Of a DNA stretch of 64,000 nucleotides, positions 1-13,860 are shown one piece after another. Location: contig OZ024743.1 of the NCBI GenBank assembly GCA_964016885.1, positions 281,170,001 to 281,234,000 of the forward strand, read 5' to 3'. The number at the start of each line of letters is the position of its first letter. Position 1 is the first letter of the stretch. Made by a program: the position numbers and the translations under genes. This DNA is from Eledone cirrhosa. Taxonomy: Eukaryota. The notes below the pieces were generated by a model that saw only the letters and a list, made by a program, of their open reading frames with translations, ran no database searches and was not told the origin of the DNA.

Positions 1-595
1 CTCTCACACAACTCAGACATACAAAGAAAAAGGTATATACATATACATATAAACACACATTAATAGAGATACATATACACATATATATATATATATACAC
101 ATACATATATATATATACCCACACACACATACAACCATAAACACACATACAAATACATACATACACACATATATACATATATATACACACACACAAAAAC
201 ACACATACACATATATATTTTTACATATATATATATATATATATATACACATACACACCTTCACATATATACATATACACATAAGTTATATTATAATAAT
301 AAATAATATATATATATACACATACGAATATATATATACACACATAGACATACATATATATATATACACACACACACACACACTCACATATATATGTGCG
401 CACACGTACATATATACACATACACACATATACACATAAACATATACATGTGCATACATGTACATACACACATATACCCACATAGATACGAAGATACACA
501 TATATATAGAGAGACATACATATACATACATATATATACATACACATACATACACACGTATATATATACACACACATACACGCCCACACACATAT

Positions 596-640
<45 letters not shown>

Positions 641-1901
641 TATACATGCATATATACACATACATATATATACATATATATATATACACACAATCATACA
701 TTCTTATTTGCATGCGCATATATGTATTTTTATACTCAGATATAAACATCCAAACATATATACACCTACCTACATATATATTCATACTTACACGCTTACA
801 AATACAGATGATAATAGTATGGGGGAAAGGGGGGGGGGGGAGAAGGGGATTATAGTAAATATATGTTTCAAGAAACATAGAATATTAATCTGTATTTGGA
901 TCTCAATATATGTTTTTACATAGTTTCAGTGTTAGGAAATGCAAGAAATAAGGCAAAATTATGCATTTCAAAATAAATATACCATTAATTATATGTTAAC
1001 TAAACTAAAGATAGTTAACATATTGATTTCTAAGGTGTAAATTAGTTAGGTTTATAATATTTGAAGCAGAATTTTGAAGTTAAATAGTAGTAGAGTATTA
1101 ATTATAGTATAACTAAATTAAAGTTATTAACGTTATGGTATCTATATTAGGAAATGAATTTAGTAATAGGGAAAAAAACAAATAAAGTATTACATCGGTA
1201 GTAGAATATAAATTATAGGTTAACTAAATTAAAAAATTATATATTAATTTCTATAGTATATGTTAATTAGGTATATAATAAATAAAACAGATATTGTATT
1301 TTATCAATAGCAGAATATAATTATATGCAAATAGAAATCAAAATTAATACATATACATATACATATACATACACACATATATATATATATACACATACAC
1401 ATATATATACATACATACACATACATATACATACATACATATACATATTTTTTCAAAAATTGCAAAGAATATATTAACTAGGTATACATCCAAAACACAT
1501 CCCATTCTATGATTACATGACACTCTGCAATCCGTCTGTATTAGGATACTAATTTTAAGCCAATTAAATTAAATTTTTAGGTTGACTAAATTTAAAACCA
1601 AATTATAAATATATTTCTAAAATGTATATTAATTAGGTCTATAATACTAAAAATTAATTCTCTGTCATTGGATACACGATATTTTGTTATATTTTATCTG
1701 TAAAGGAATTTTAATAAAGGGTTAAATAAATTAAAATTAATCTATAAATTAAATTACTAAGTATATATTAGTAATATTTAAAGGTTTTTATGATTACACA
1801 ATATTTTATATTCTCATCTGTAGTAGAATTTTAATTAAATTAAATTTATAGGTTAACTAACATTTAAATTAAATTATATATTAATTTCTAAAATAATGTT
1901 A

Positions 1902-2846
1902 TTAATTAGGTTTATAATATTTAAATGTTTTTTTTAGTTTATGATTACACGATATAATTAATTCCTGTCGTTTATTTAATAGGATATCCTTAGATTTCAT
2001 TATTTCAAATAGTTCTTGGGAACATAATCTACATTCATTTCTATTATTTTGATAAGGGGTGGCTCTTTTGAGCACACTCCAGGTCAAATCATATTCTATA
2101 TTCTTATTTTTATAACTATTGATTTTTTCTGCTAGAGATGTTGTATTAGCCAGTGCGGCATTTTTAAAACTATGCTTGTGGGTATTAAACCTTGTCTTAA
2201 AATTGTTAGAAGTAGCTCCTATATATGAGCAAATAGAATCTTTAGTTTTAACATTACATTTATAGACTATGTTGTTAACAAGACAATTCCCTTTTAATGG
2301 GCAGTTTGCTTTGTTTCTACAGTTACAACCTTTCGTTAATTCTGTATTTGAGGAGATATTATGGTTAATTTGATGTATTGGTGGTATACTTATGGTTTTC
2401 TTACATTTATATGCATTATAGGCACTTATATTTTGTTTTATGTTATTTGTTGTTGAGTATGAGAATTTAACTGTAGACCTATTTAAGATTTGATGGTATT
2501 TGTGGTTTGGCGGGAAGTTTTTCTCTAGGATATAAAAAATTTTTTTAGCAATATTATCCTTAATTTGTAAATTAAATGGAGCATTATACCAAGTAACCCG
2601 TCTATTACGGTTTCTATGTTGTTTATTATTTTTATTATTTTTATAGGTTGTATCGTGATGTTTACTAGGAGGATTAATGTTAATGATCTCACCACAACCA
2701 TTTTTAGTTATATTTGTAGATTTAGGTGTTTTATCTTTTTTATTAGGAGTTTTATTATTTGCATACATCTTTTTGGCATGCGTATGCATGTTGAGCATAT
2801 ATCTTTGTATAAATATGTGTACGAGGTTAGTTACATGTATATACAC
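1902..2846 (-). pseudogene. 5'-truncated Naiad-like PLE ORF (linker + GIY-YIG endonuclease)
   Basis: RRVTWYNAPF, CNCRNKANCPLKGNC, IVYKCNV..SYIGAT..FKTRFNTH, ECRLC, LLNKRQEL..CNH. Clearly homologous to 19312-20522. No RT present. Confidence 0.88.
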
Positions 2847-2869
2847 ACACCAAACTGCATAAAATTTTT

Positions 2870-3298
2870 TGTATTTTCATTGGTCAATTTGAACTCCGTT
2901 CCCAAACGGACCTGAAATTTTGAATTGTTGTTATTATCAATAAATATATTTCATTATTTCTGAAGACGGCATATATGTGTGTTTGGTATGTATATTTAAT
3001 CTTGATAGTTTGTATAATTTTGTATAATTTTGTACATAGATCTGTTGAATATGCATGCCAATTCTAACACATATATATCCTAGAAACGATCGTTAAATAA
3101 TGAACTTTTTTTGTTTAATATAAGGAACTGTTTCATTGTTTTATTCATTATTTGTTTAATATTTTATCTTGACTCTGTATTCCGTTTATCTTTCACCGAA
3201 AGTGATTTTTCATTACATCTCTTCTTTCCATGATATCCAGAATACATTGAGTTCTTCATACGGATTGGACACTACCGTAAACTCTTGGTAGATTTATC

Positions 3299-3301
<3 letters not shown>
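2870..3301 (+). mobile_element. Inverted pseudo-LTR plus tail at the 5' end of the truncated PLE
   Basis: Opposite orientation to the 1902-2846 ORF; contains an HHR; similar to the reverse complement of 22050-22356 (TAGAAACGATCGT, TTTCATTGTTTTA, TACATTGAGTTCTTCAT); ends in (AT)n. Left boundary approximate. Confidence 0.7.
2950..3104 (+). ncRNA. Type I hammerhead ribozyme with >100 nt stem II
   Basis: ttcattattt-CTGAAGA-...-GAAA-CGATCG-TT-aaataatgaa: 10 bp stem I, palindromic stem III. Confidence 0.75.
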
Positions 3302-3330
<29 letters not shown>

Positions 3331-3335
<5 letters not shown>

Positions 3336-3520
3336 AGAGTCAGGGCCTCGAGGGCTGAGCTCCGGCTGTTTCGACAGCTAGATCCGAACCTAGCTCTCGA
3401 AACGGCCGGAGCTCAACCGTCCGGGTCCTGACGTTTTTCATATTACCAACTCTACTAACACAAGTATTGAGTACTCTGGTGCGTTATGGTCCACCTGGTA
3501 TCTTACCACACCCTCGTTGT
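3331..3520 (+). mobile_element. Hairpin mini-element family A, copy 1
   Basis: Imperfect ~110 bp palindrome plus tail ..CTCTAC..GTATTGAGTACTCTGGTGCGTTATGGTCCACCTGG..TTACCAC; (AT)n flank. Confidence 0.8.
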
Positions 3521-4059
3521 TATATATACAGTCTAAATTTAACATGTGAACAAACAAGAAACACAGAAAACATGAAGATGGACACAGTGAGAATTCTCCC
3601 TCATCATCTATCTACTGGATATCTTTATCATTTCGGATGCTTTAAAAGACGATTCTACTTTTCCCAGTGCACCAATAGTCCCTAAGAAATGTGGTATTTG
3701 GAGCAATATGTATATAATGTAGTTTTCTTTTCCAGAAGTCATCGTTATATGTGTGTGTGTATGTGTGTGTGCATGTGTGTGTGTGTGTATGTGCGTGCAT
3801 GTGTGTGTGTGCGTGTTTCTGTATATATATGTGTGTGTGTGCGTGTGTGTGACCATTACAATGACTATTTATTTTTTTATTTTCTGTGTCTCCTCTTATT
3901 TCTGGTCTTATTCTGTTTACTCCCTTTTTTTCTTTCTGTGATAAGTTTTCTTGTCTGCGCATGCGTTTGCTTCGGTGTGTGTCTGTTTTTGGTATGTCTA
4001 TGTGTGCGTAGGTGTGGGTTTGTGTCTCTGTCTTCTTTTTTCTTTCTCTTATGTGGCTT

Positions 4060-4700
4060 ATTCTCTCTTCAGTCGTTAGGTTGAGGAGGTGATACTATTC
4101 AATTCGTGTTTTCTGTTGAAGCAGATTCTACTAATTATTATGTGTGTGGCCTCCGTAATTCGTCTGAGTGTTGTGTAGGTTCTATGTGCGGTTAAGGACT
4201 TTATTTCTATGTTATCTTCTGAGTCCCTGTGTTCTAGTTTGGCATGTTGGTATAGCACTGATCAGCTGTTCTCTTCTTTGAGTTCACACCAATGTTCTTT
4301 TATCCTCTCTTCTATGCTATATATATCATTCTCGTGTTTTTTCGCCGTCCCTCTGTACATCGTATCCTATTGACTGCATTCCTAGTTTTGCATTTTCCTG
4401 TGGGCTTACCCTACACACTACAAGATTCCTACCAGTACAGAACGTTCTTTTAAAGGAGTCTGTCCTACTGATCAGGGATTTTATGGGAATTCTTGGCTTT
4501 TCTACACCTTTAATTCTTAGATTCAGTTTATCCAAGGTTTTTCTAAAACGATACGCTAATTGACCTTCAGGGGTAGCGTCAATAAACATGACACTAATAT
4601 TTTTTACTGCCTTACTATCTTCCTCGTTCTGTCCTGTAGAACTCATTTCTATATAAAATAAAGATCATTATACTCTCTCAAAGTATTGAGAGCCTTTTTT
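4060..4700 (-). pseudogene. Degraded GIY-YIG region of a different PLE clade (Cys-rich linker, Neptune-like)
   Basis: SVMFIDATPEGQLA..RIKGVEKP..IKSLISRTD..C..C.., followed across frameshifts by a VYRIRC-like segment, R..EH and YQHAKLEH. Confidence 0.6.
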
Positions 4701-5412
4701 AACTGTTCTTTTCCCGATATCCATGGTGGTGGGGTTGTAGGCTTGTGTATTATTGGTAGTATTACAGAAACTAAAGGTGTTTCTGGTTGTGGTGGTGGCT
4801 TTCAGATGATGTTAGTACTACTGTAGTTTTCCTTACCATTCTTGTCTATTGTTGTTCCTAATATATTTGTATGTGCTGTTGCAGTATTGTTATAATTGTT
4901 TTGGTTATTGCTGTTATTGTTGTTGTTGCTGTTGTCGTTGTAGATGTTGTTTAGCTTCTGGTCAATATAGATGTTTATACTGGTGGTCGTGGTAAGGGAG
5001 TTTTATTTGACACTATTGTTCTGCTTGTCATTTCTAGTAGGTTCTGTTGTTGTCACCACTGCAATGAACATTGAATTTATTATAGTTGTAGTTGGTGTCG
5101 TATGGTTATTCATTAAAATATTAATTAAAATATAAATTTTGCGGATAACGTTTTAAAACTGTTGCATTTTCACATTAGTAAATACCTTGCATTGTTACGA
5201 TTTCATAAAAAATTTAAATCTTATTTTTAAAATATATAATAAAATATCCTTTTTAAGCAAGCTCGCCCTTATCTTAGACTATATATTTCTAGTATTTCTT
5301 AATATTATTTGCAACAAAGGAAAGCCTTGATTTTCAAATTTAAAAGATTTGTTAAAACAAATCATTTAAATTTGAAAATTGTTAAGATAATATTTGTAAA
5401 CGTATTAATAGA

Positions 5413-5570
5413 GAGCGAATTGGCAGAGTTGCTAAAAACGTCGGATAGAATGCTTTGCGTTATTCGTTCCGGCTTACTGCACTCTGAATTCAAATCCTGT
5501 CACGGTTGATTTTGCTTTCAATATTTTCAAGGTCGATGAATAAAATACCAGCCATGCGCAGAGTTCGATT
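5413..5570 (+). mobile_element. tRNA-derived SINE family 1 (diverged)
   Basis: A/B-box-like head, TCTGAATTCAAATCC, GGTCGATGAATAAAATACCAG. Confidence 0.65.
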
Positions 5571-6329
5571 CTGCTTTCTCTTTCTTTGAAAACAATCAGC
5601 TATGTTCAGATCTGTAGAGGCCTGTGCTCCGTTAGGTTTCAAATACCCTAGACATTTGTCGCAATTGGCACGACGATGCCACGACGACTGAATGGATGGA
5701 TATACATTAAATAATTAAACATCCATCATACTCGCATACATTTTTTATATGACAAAACCTCATATCTCCTCTTAAAAACAATATACCCCACTGTAACTAA
5801 ATTTATTAGTTCTTTATCATTTTTTATCAATAATTACGCTCCAAGTTTTACACCAATCTGTTCTAGTTTCATAACATGTATAGGATAAGCAACCATTTTT
5901 TCTTCTCGGAGAAACTTCGAAATTACTGTCAATTTTAAAAAAGAAATATTTTACTCTATTTCGTAGTATTGAAGTGACTGGATAATACTGAAATATATTT
6001 AATTTCACGCTTGTTTTTATAAGAATACTCACGGTGCCCGGTCAGGAGATCAAACCCATGACGTTACGATCATGGGTGCAAAGCATTAACCACTAGGTCG
6101 CACGCTTTCACACAGAAAACACTCGCAAGGAGCCGAAACTTTTAGTGTGGAATGTCAATATGAACTGAGTACTGGAGGTCAACTCAACAAACGTTAGTTT
6201 TACAATACTATCAAGAGTTAAAGTACTTCATCCGGACTGGAGGATTATTAGAACAACATTTGTGGCAAAATACGAGCATCCAAATACTTTATTTTCTCAT
6301 CCGTTATCAACTATCCAACTCTTCCACCA

Positions 6330-6580
6330 CCCACAATGAAATAGACTTAGCGAAATTCTCAGGGAGATTCAGCGTGACACGGTGTGTGATATAACTGCCC
6401 CAGCTCTTTTTAAATTATATATATAATCCATCCGATGGTCTTCCATACAGTTTCCATAAACCGAATATGGGCCCAAGTCTATGGTAAATAACACTTTCTC
6501 AAGATTACACGCGCTCGAATCGAGCCCGGGACGTTATGATCGTGAAGCGAACTCATTTAAATATGTAAGCCATGTTGCGA
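6330..6580 (-). mobile_element. Degraded SINE family 3 (relatives at ~23755-23895 and ~37420-37640)
   Basis: Shared GGTCTTCCAYACAGT..AATTTCA.TCACAA..GCTAT...AGA.ACTTG.CCAAG segments. Confidence 0.5.
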
Positions 6581-7129
6581 CCGTTCTGGCGTATAAACAC
6601 ACAGACAGATCCACCACATGGTGAGTTGAAATACCTGAAAAGTTGTTATGCATGATAATATTGCGATTTTACTGAAATCAACGCCAAGTTATGTAACAAT
6701 AAACACAGAAAGCATTTGTTATGAGTTCATGTATTAGTAGCGCATGCATGTTTGTGGGTCTGTATGAGTATGTGTGTACGTATATATATATATATGTGTG
6801 TGTGTGCGCGCGCACGTGTGAGTATGTGTGTGTGTGCGCGCGTGTGTGTGTGTGTGCGTACATATATATATATGAATGTGTAAATAAATGCATACATATG
6901 TGTGTGTACATGTGTATATTTTCTTGTATGTGGATGTGTGTGTAAGTGTGTATGTGTTCGATATGGGTTTACTGTGTGTGTGTATTTGTGTGATTGTGTG
7001 TGTGTGAGTATGTGTGTGGGGGGTGTATGTGTGTGGTTCTCCTTAATACAGTTGCTCTCTTAACAGTCGGGAAGTCATGACATCATAAACAATACGCTCT
7101 CGAAGAATGCTTTCTCTCTATTAAGGGGC

Positions 7130-7149
7130 CGTCGTCGTCGTCGTCGTCG

Positions 7150-7220
<71 letters not shown>

Positions 7221-8400
7221 GCTGTTGTTGTCGTTGTTGTTGCTGTTGTTGTTGGATGTATTTCTTCTCTGATCTTGATAGTTTTATTGTAGAGTATTCT
7301 TTTCTCCTTTCAATACTGTTGTTGTGGTTTTTCTTGTTGTTGTGGTTGTTGTAGTTGTTTTTGTTGTTGTGGTTGTTGTGGTTGTTCTTGTTGTTGTGGT
7401 TGTTGTAGTTGTTTTTGTTGTTGTGGTTGTTGTGGTTGTTCTTGTTGTTGTTGTTGTTGTGGTTGTTTTTGTTTTTGTTGTTGTTGTGGTTGTTGTTGTT
7501 GTTGTTGTTGTTGTGGTTGTTTTTGTTTTTGTTGTTGTTGTGGTTGTTTTTGTTGTTGTAGTTGTTGTGGTTGTTCTTGTTGTTGTTGTTGTTGTGGTTG
7601 TTCTTGTTGTTGTGGTTGTTGTAGTTGTTTTTGTTGTTGTTGTTGTTGTGGTTGTTCTTGTTGTTGTGGTTGTTGTAGTTGTTTTTGTTGTTGTTGTTGT
7701 TGTAGTTGTTTTTGTTGTTGTGGTTGTCTTTGTTGTTGTGGTTGTTGTGGTTGTTCTTGTTGTTGTGGTTGTTGTAGTTGTTTTGTTGTTGTTGTAGTTG
7801 TTCTTGTTGTTGTGGTTGTTGTGGTTGTTCTTGTTGTGGTTGTTGTGGTTGTTCTTGTTGTTGCGGTTGTTGTAGTTGTTTTTGTTGTTGTTGTTGTTGT
7901 GGTTGTTCTTGTTGTTGTGGTTGTTGTTGTTGTTGTGGTTGTTCTTGTTGTGGCTGTTGTAGTTGTTTTTGCTGTTGTTGTTGCAGTTGTTTTTGTTGTT
8001 GTGGTTGTTGTGGTTGTTGTGGTTGTTCTTGTTGTTGTGGTTGTTGTAGTTGTTTTTGTTGTTGTTGTAGTTGTTCTTGTTGTTGTGGTTGTTGTAGTTG
8101 TTCTTGTTCTTGTGGTTGTTGTAGTTGTTCTTGTTGTTGTGGTTGTTGTAGTTGTTTTTGTTGTTGTCGTTGTAGTTGTTTTTGTTGTTGTGGTTGTTGT
8201 AGTTGTTTTTGTTGTTGTGGTTGTTGTGGCTGTTCTTGTTGTTGTGGTTGTTGTAGTTGTTTTTGTTGTTGTAGTTGTTCTTGTTGTTGTGGTTGTTGTA
8301 GTTGTTTTTGTTGTTGTTGTTCTTGTTGTTCTTGTAGTATGGGGATTTTCTGTTGGTGTCGTTGTCCTTATTGCCGTTGTTGGAGTTTTTGTTGTAGTTA
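7130..8400. repeat. (GTT)n microsatellite and derived ~27 bp higher-order array
   Basis: Pure GTT at 7150-7250; 7320-8335 cycles GTG/GTA/(T/C)TT variants every third triplet. Confidence 0.85.
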
Positions 8401-8740
8401 TTGTTTGTTTTTGTTCTTTTTGTTGTCATTGCTTGTGTTTTTCCTGTTGTTGATTTTGTTATTGCTGTTGTTATTGTTGCTTTTATTGTTGCAGTTGTTA
8501 TAATTGTCTTCGTTGATGTTGTATTTGGGGAATTGTTGTTGTTGTTGTTTTTTTGTTTTGATTTGTTTTTAATTTTATTTATTTCTTTATTTTTTACTAT
8601 CCACGAATTATAATTTTTTATATCCACCATTCCTTTGAAATGAGGAAATTACGACAATTTAATCAAACGACAATCAAGACACGATGTTCGTGTTCTTAAA
8701 CAACCATTCCTCTTTTTCGTTGCTGTTGTTGTTGTTGTTG

Positions 8741-8771
<31 letters not shown>

Positions 8772-8807
8772 TGGTATTTTTGTTTTTATTCATATTCTTC
8801 ATCATTC

Positions 8808-8882
<75 letters not shown>

Positions 8883-9133
8883 ATGGTGGTGGTGGTGATG
8901 GTTGTTTAGCTGCAAGTTAGTCCTTAGGACTTGTGATGGAAAGCGTTCTAGCCATGACTGTCCTAGGCAAAGTCTTTTGTCTTTTTTTCTTTTGCACCGA
9001 CACACCTATTACCCTATTGCCCTCTGTACCCTTCTTTACTAAGGCGAGCGAGAGTGTGATTTTCGGGAATTTGATTGCTGTTTCTAACAATCTTTAGCTA
9101 ATCTTAAGATGTCCAAATTGTGGCCGCATGTTT

Positions 9134-9350
9134 CTGGCAAAATCGGTAGAGCGTCGGACGAAATGCTTTGCAGCATAAACTTTCGGCCCTTTATGTTCTG
9201 ATTTCAAATCCTGCCGAGGTTTGCTTTGCCTTTCCTCCTTACGGGTCGATAAAATAAAGTACCATTAAGCTCTGGGGTCGATTTAATCGTTTTTCCTCTC
9301 CCCTTCAAATTGCTGGCCTTGTGCCTTAAGTAGAAACAATTATTATTATT
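9134..9350 (+). mobile_element. tRNA-derived SINE family 1
   Basis: TGGCAAAATCGGTAGAG..TTCAAATCC..GGGTCGATAAAATAAAGTACCA..GGCCTTGTGCC..AGTAGAAACAATTATT. Confidence 0.8.
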
Positions 9351-9499
9351 TGAAACCTTCTTTGAATTCTGCTTCTTTCCCATATCTGGCAGTCTGTCAT
9401 CCTGATAGTTGAGGTAAAATTTGCGAATACACCGATTTAACAATCATTGGGCATAAACAAAATAGTAAATGTCTTTGTAAGGTATTTAAATTGATAATG

Positions 9500-9960
9500 C
9501 TCTTTTCGGGACATGGACAGTGCCAGTCAGCACTATTTTCTGTATCTCTTGCAGAGAAGGCTTTCTGGGTATTTGGTCCAAATATTTTCTGTCTTTTTTC
9601 ATAATTCCAAGTGCACCAAGTATCACTGGTATTTTACAGGCCTTTAGACGCTATATTTTCTCAATTTTAACTATCAGATCGTTATATTTACTAAGTTTCC
9701 ATGAGATATAACAATGTTATGCTCATATATATATTAAAATGCATGTTTTCTTTTTTCAATCTTTCACAATTATATTGATTTTATTAGCCTTGACCGTTCT
9801 GTCGGTGCTCACAGGAAAATCTCATAGGATTGTTGCATTCTCGCCTCCTATTACTGCATCTGGGTGATACATGTCCCATTTTCCTGTCTTTATGCCGTCG
9901 AACCTGCATATTACCTGGTGTAAGCATTGCCCTACTCTATCATGTCTAGCTTTATTCTCC
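9500..9960 (-). pseudogene. Non-LTR retrotransposon restriction-like endonuclease remnant (R4/Dong-like)
   Basis: Minus-strand fragments RHD, DFPV.TDRT, KLSKYNDL, IPVILGALGI. Confidence 0.65.
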
Positions 9961-9999
9961 TGGGGATATTAATATCTTCTTCTTTCACTTATTCCTGGT

Positions 10000-11030
10000 A
10001 TGGTCGTGGAGGAAAAGTTATCGAATACTCCTTCCAGCGGGTACTGTTCGAAGCAACCGTCTCCAATTGATCCGACTGGATTCCCAAGTGAGACCAGCTG
10101 ATTCATGTTTGGGGTCTACACCTGAATCTCCTCCCCGCTGGTTTTGCCTGTAAACTCTGTCCAGTGATTCTCTCCTGAGCCATTCTAACCACATGCCTGT
10201 AGTATCGGAGCTGTGATCTCTCGATTAGGAGAAGTAGCGGCTCTATCCGGGGAAACACCCTCATCTCCTAGCGACGCACTCTATCGAGTAACATTGCTAC
10301 AGAGACCCTCTGGGGGAACTCCATTTCGGCCACATGTATTTGCGATCGTATTCTTTCGGTAATTACCCAAGATTCATGACCAGAAGGGAAGGGTTAGTAC
10401 GAATACCGAATTGAAGATAGCGAGTTCGGCTTTTACACCTGCCTCCCTCCCTTCTTCTGATTACCGAATGCTGAAGCTGGTGCATTACTGCACCAGCTCA
10501 AGTAATTATTGCACTTAATTCACCCTCCTACCTCCCATCGGCCCCGAGATACTTGAACTTCTCCACCTGCTTCAGTGGATCTGCAATCTATTGTAGAGTG
10601 CACTAGCAGGCTTCATTGAGAGGATTATTATCACCCCAATCTGAATAGCAGAATCTCAGACGCGTTCCTGATAGCAGACATGGAGGATGACTTCTTACTA
10701 CGAAGTCGGCAGATGATCTGCAGGATTACTTTATTTGCTGATCTGAAGTTGGATTCCAGCTTAACCTACTATGTCTTAACTTTGGACACCTTTACTGTCT
10801 CTGCTGCGACTGTTTACACCTGTTTGTACCGCTAGTGCAAAAAGAAGGACTTATTTTCAAGCCAAGCTTTGTAGGCCTCCTTCTTTGCTTGGTAATATCT
10901 TTGACCTCTTGATTAAACCAATGGGTCCTCCTGCCACCCGGCGCCGCACCAAGTCGCTTTCGCCCGCCCGGGGCATTTAACAGCTGAAGCAGAAATTCTT
11001 GATTTAAACAGTCTCCACGTCTTTTCAACA
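10000..11030 (-). pseudogene. RTE-type LINE remnant
   Basis: WFNQEVK, PLKQVEKFKYLG; 3' part matches 35900-36265 in reverse. Confidence 0.6.
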
Positions 11031-11043
11031 TCCTCAGTTTGAC

Positions 11044-11240
11044 GGTGGATAGGCAGTATCGGTTTGCAGCATAGAGTTATGACCCTTTGCATTCTGAGTT
11101 CAAATACCGCCGAGGTTAGCTTTGCTTTTCATCCTTACGGGGTCGATAACATAAAGTACCAGTAATGCACTGGGATCGATTTAATCGACTTTTCCCTCCC
11201 CCAAATTGTTGCCTTGTGCCTATAGTAGAAATCATTAATA
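11044..11240 (+). mobile_element. tRNA-derived SINE family 1
   Basis: Same consensus. Confidence 0.8.
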
Positions 11241-11244
11241 TTGT

Positions 11245-11311
<67 letters not shown>

Positions 11312-11629
11312 AGTAGCATGAAAAAATAAAGAATTAGTACAACACTCGCCATTTTTTGGTGTTGGTGGGGACTGTTTTGTTTTACTTGAGTTTGTTTTGT
11401 CAAATTTGAAATTTAAATTTTTTTTTTTTTTTCTCAAACCTTTTCTTTTAAATTTATATATAGCTTGTTTTGTTTTGTTTTAATATTTCAACTTTATTTT
11501 ATTTTATTTATTTATTGGTACTAATCTAAATTATATTATGAATGAATATTGGTGGAGATTGGAGAATATGAACAGGAATATGGTATAATATGACATGGTG
11601 TGCATGGGGATGGTGCGTGGGTAGTGTTA

Positions 11630-11886
11630 ACGATGTTGATGATGATGATGATGATGATTATGGGGAGAAGGATAAAGATGATGACTGGTGGCAATGATGC
11701 TGGTCAGGGAGATGATGGTGATGATGATGATGATGATGATGATGATTTGGATGATGATGATGATGATGATGATGTTGATGATGATAGTGATGATAGTGAT
11801 GATGATGGACGTGAGGGTGATGGTGCTGAAAACGTAGGTGGAGAGTGCGGCAATAATGATAATGATTGTGATGATGCGACGACGAC

Positions 11887-11926
<40 letters not shown>

Positions 11927-11936
11927 GCGATGGTGA

Positions 11937-11970
<34 letters not shown>

Positions 11971-12336
11971 CATCATCATCATCATTAGTGGTAGTTATCA
12001 TGACTGGTGGTGGTGGTGGTGGTGGTGGTGTTAGCGGCGGCGGGGAATAAAAACATTTTTTTTTATGAATAAATAAATAAATAAAGTCTAGTTATAGAAC
12101 TCTTAAAGTTTTTCAGTCACCAAAATATCTGGAGATATCAGCTGCTTCCTCCCTCCTCTCCTTTTTTCTTCCGCTTCGAGTCGTTATCTTCTATTTACCA
12201 AAAAGGAAACGTGGCAACAATTGACTTTATAAACAGACGTCGCTGCAACTTTAATGCGTCATCATATATGCCATCTACTTCAATATCATAAACATCATCA
12301 TCATCATCATCATGATTATCGTCTTCATCGTCGTCG

Positions 12337-12379
<43 letters not shown>

Positions 12380-12708
12380 ATTTGTAATCTTCAATATCAT
12401 CATGTATGTCATCTACTTCAATATCATAAAATCCTCAGCAACATCGTCATCATCATCATCATCAGCAGCAGCATTATCGTCATCATCATCATCGTTATCG
12501 TCATCATCATCATCATCATTATCGTCACCATCATCATCATCATCGTCACCATCATCATCACCCACATAATCATTTGTGTCATCGTTACTATTATCGTCAT
12601 CAGCTTCGGCTTCACCATCATCCTCATCGTCTTCGCCATTATCATCGTCATCGTCAGCTACTTCGTCACCGTCGCCATCATCAGTAGCATCGTCGCCATC
12701 ATCATCAA

Positions 12709-12743
<35 letters not shown>

Positions 12744-12867
12744 ATATCGACATCATATTTAACGTTGTTGCAACCATCCCCTCCCCATATTCCCAATTTC
12801 GTATTCGCCATGAATATGTTTTAACATCGCTATTATTATTATTTTTATATTATTATTATTATTATTA

Positions 12868-12899
<32 letters not shown>

Positions 12900-12941
12900 G
12901 TTCTTCTTCTTCTTCTTCTTCTTCTTCTTCTTCTTCTTCTT

Positions 12942-12972
<31 letters not shown>

Positions 12973-13024
12973 ATTGTGGTGATGATGCTGGTGATATTGT
13001 TGCTGGTGTTATGATTACTGTTAC

Positions 13025-13100
<76 letters not shown>
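11630..13100. repeat. Cluster of trinucleotide microsatellites (GAT, ATT, GGT, CAT, TCT, GTT)
   Basis: Directly visible. Confidence 0.9.
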
Positions 13101-13374
13101 AATGCTCACTGCAATATTCCTATTCTTTACACCACATCATACCACCACCACCACACCATACCACCACACTACACCACCGAAACCATTCTCCCAACTCCAA
13201 TGGTTTCACAAGTAGAAAGCTATGCATCACATGTATAAGTTTGAGATTGCTTTACGTTCCATTTTAGTTCAACGGTAATTTACAAGACGAATCTTTCAAA
13301 ATAATAATAATAATAATAATATTTATAAAAAAAAGAAGAAAAACGAAAGAGAGAAGCAAAACATTATACAGTTA

Positions 13375-13860
<486 letters not shown>

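Noticed and set aside
13-878. Many ORFs of the [12 protein letters not shown] type here and throughout the window
   Set aside because: They are translations of AT/AC/ACAT microsatellites, which lack stop codons in several frames; no protein motifs.
7284-8630. 448 aa Asn/Thr-rich ORF
   Set aside because: Arises from the (AAC)n-derived array and changes register midway; no evidence of coding function.
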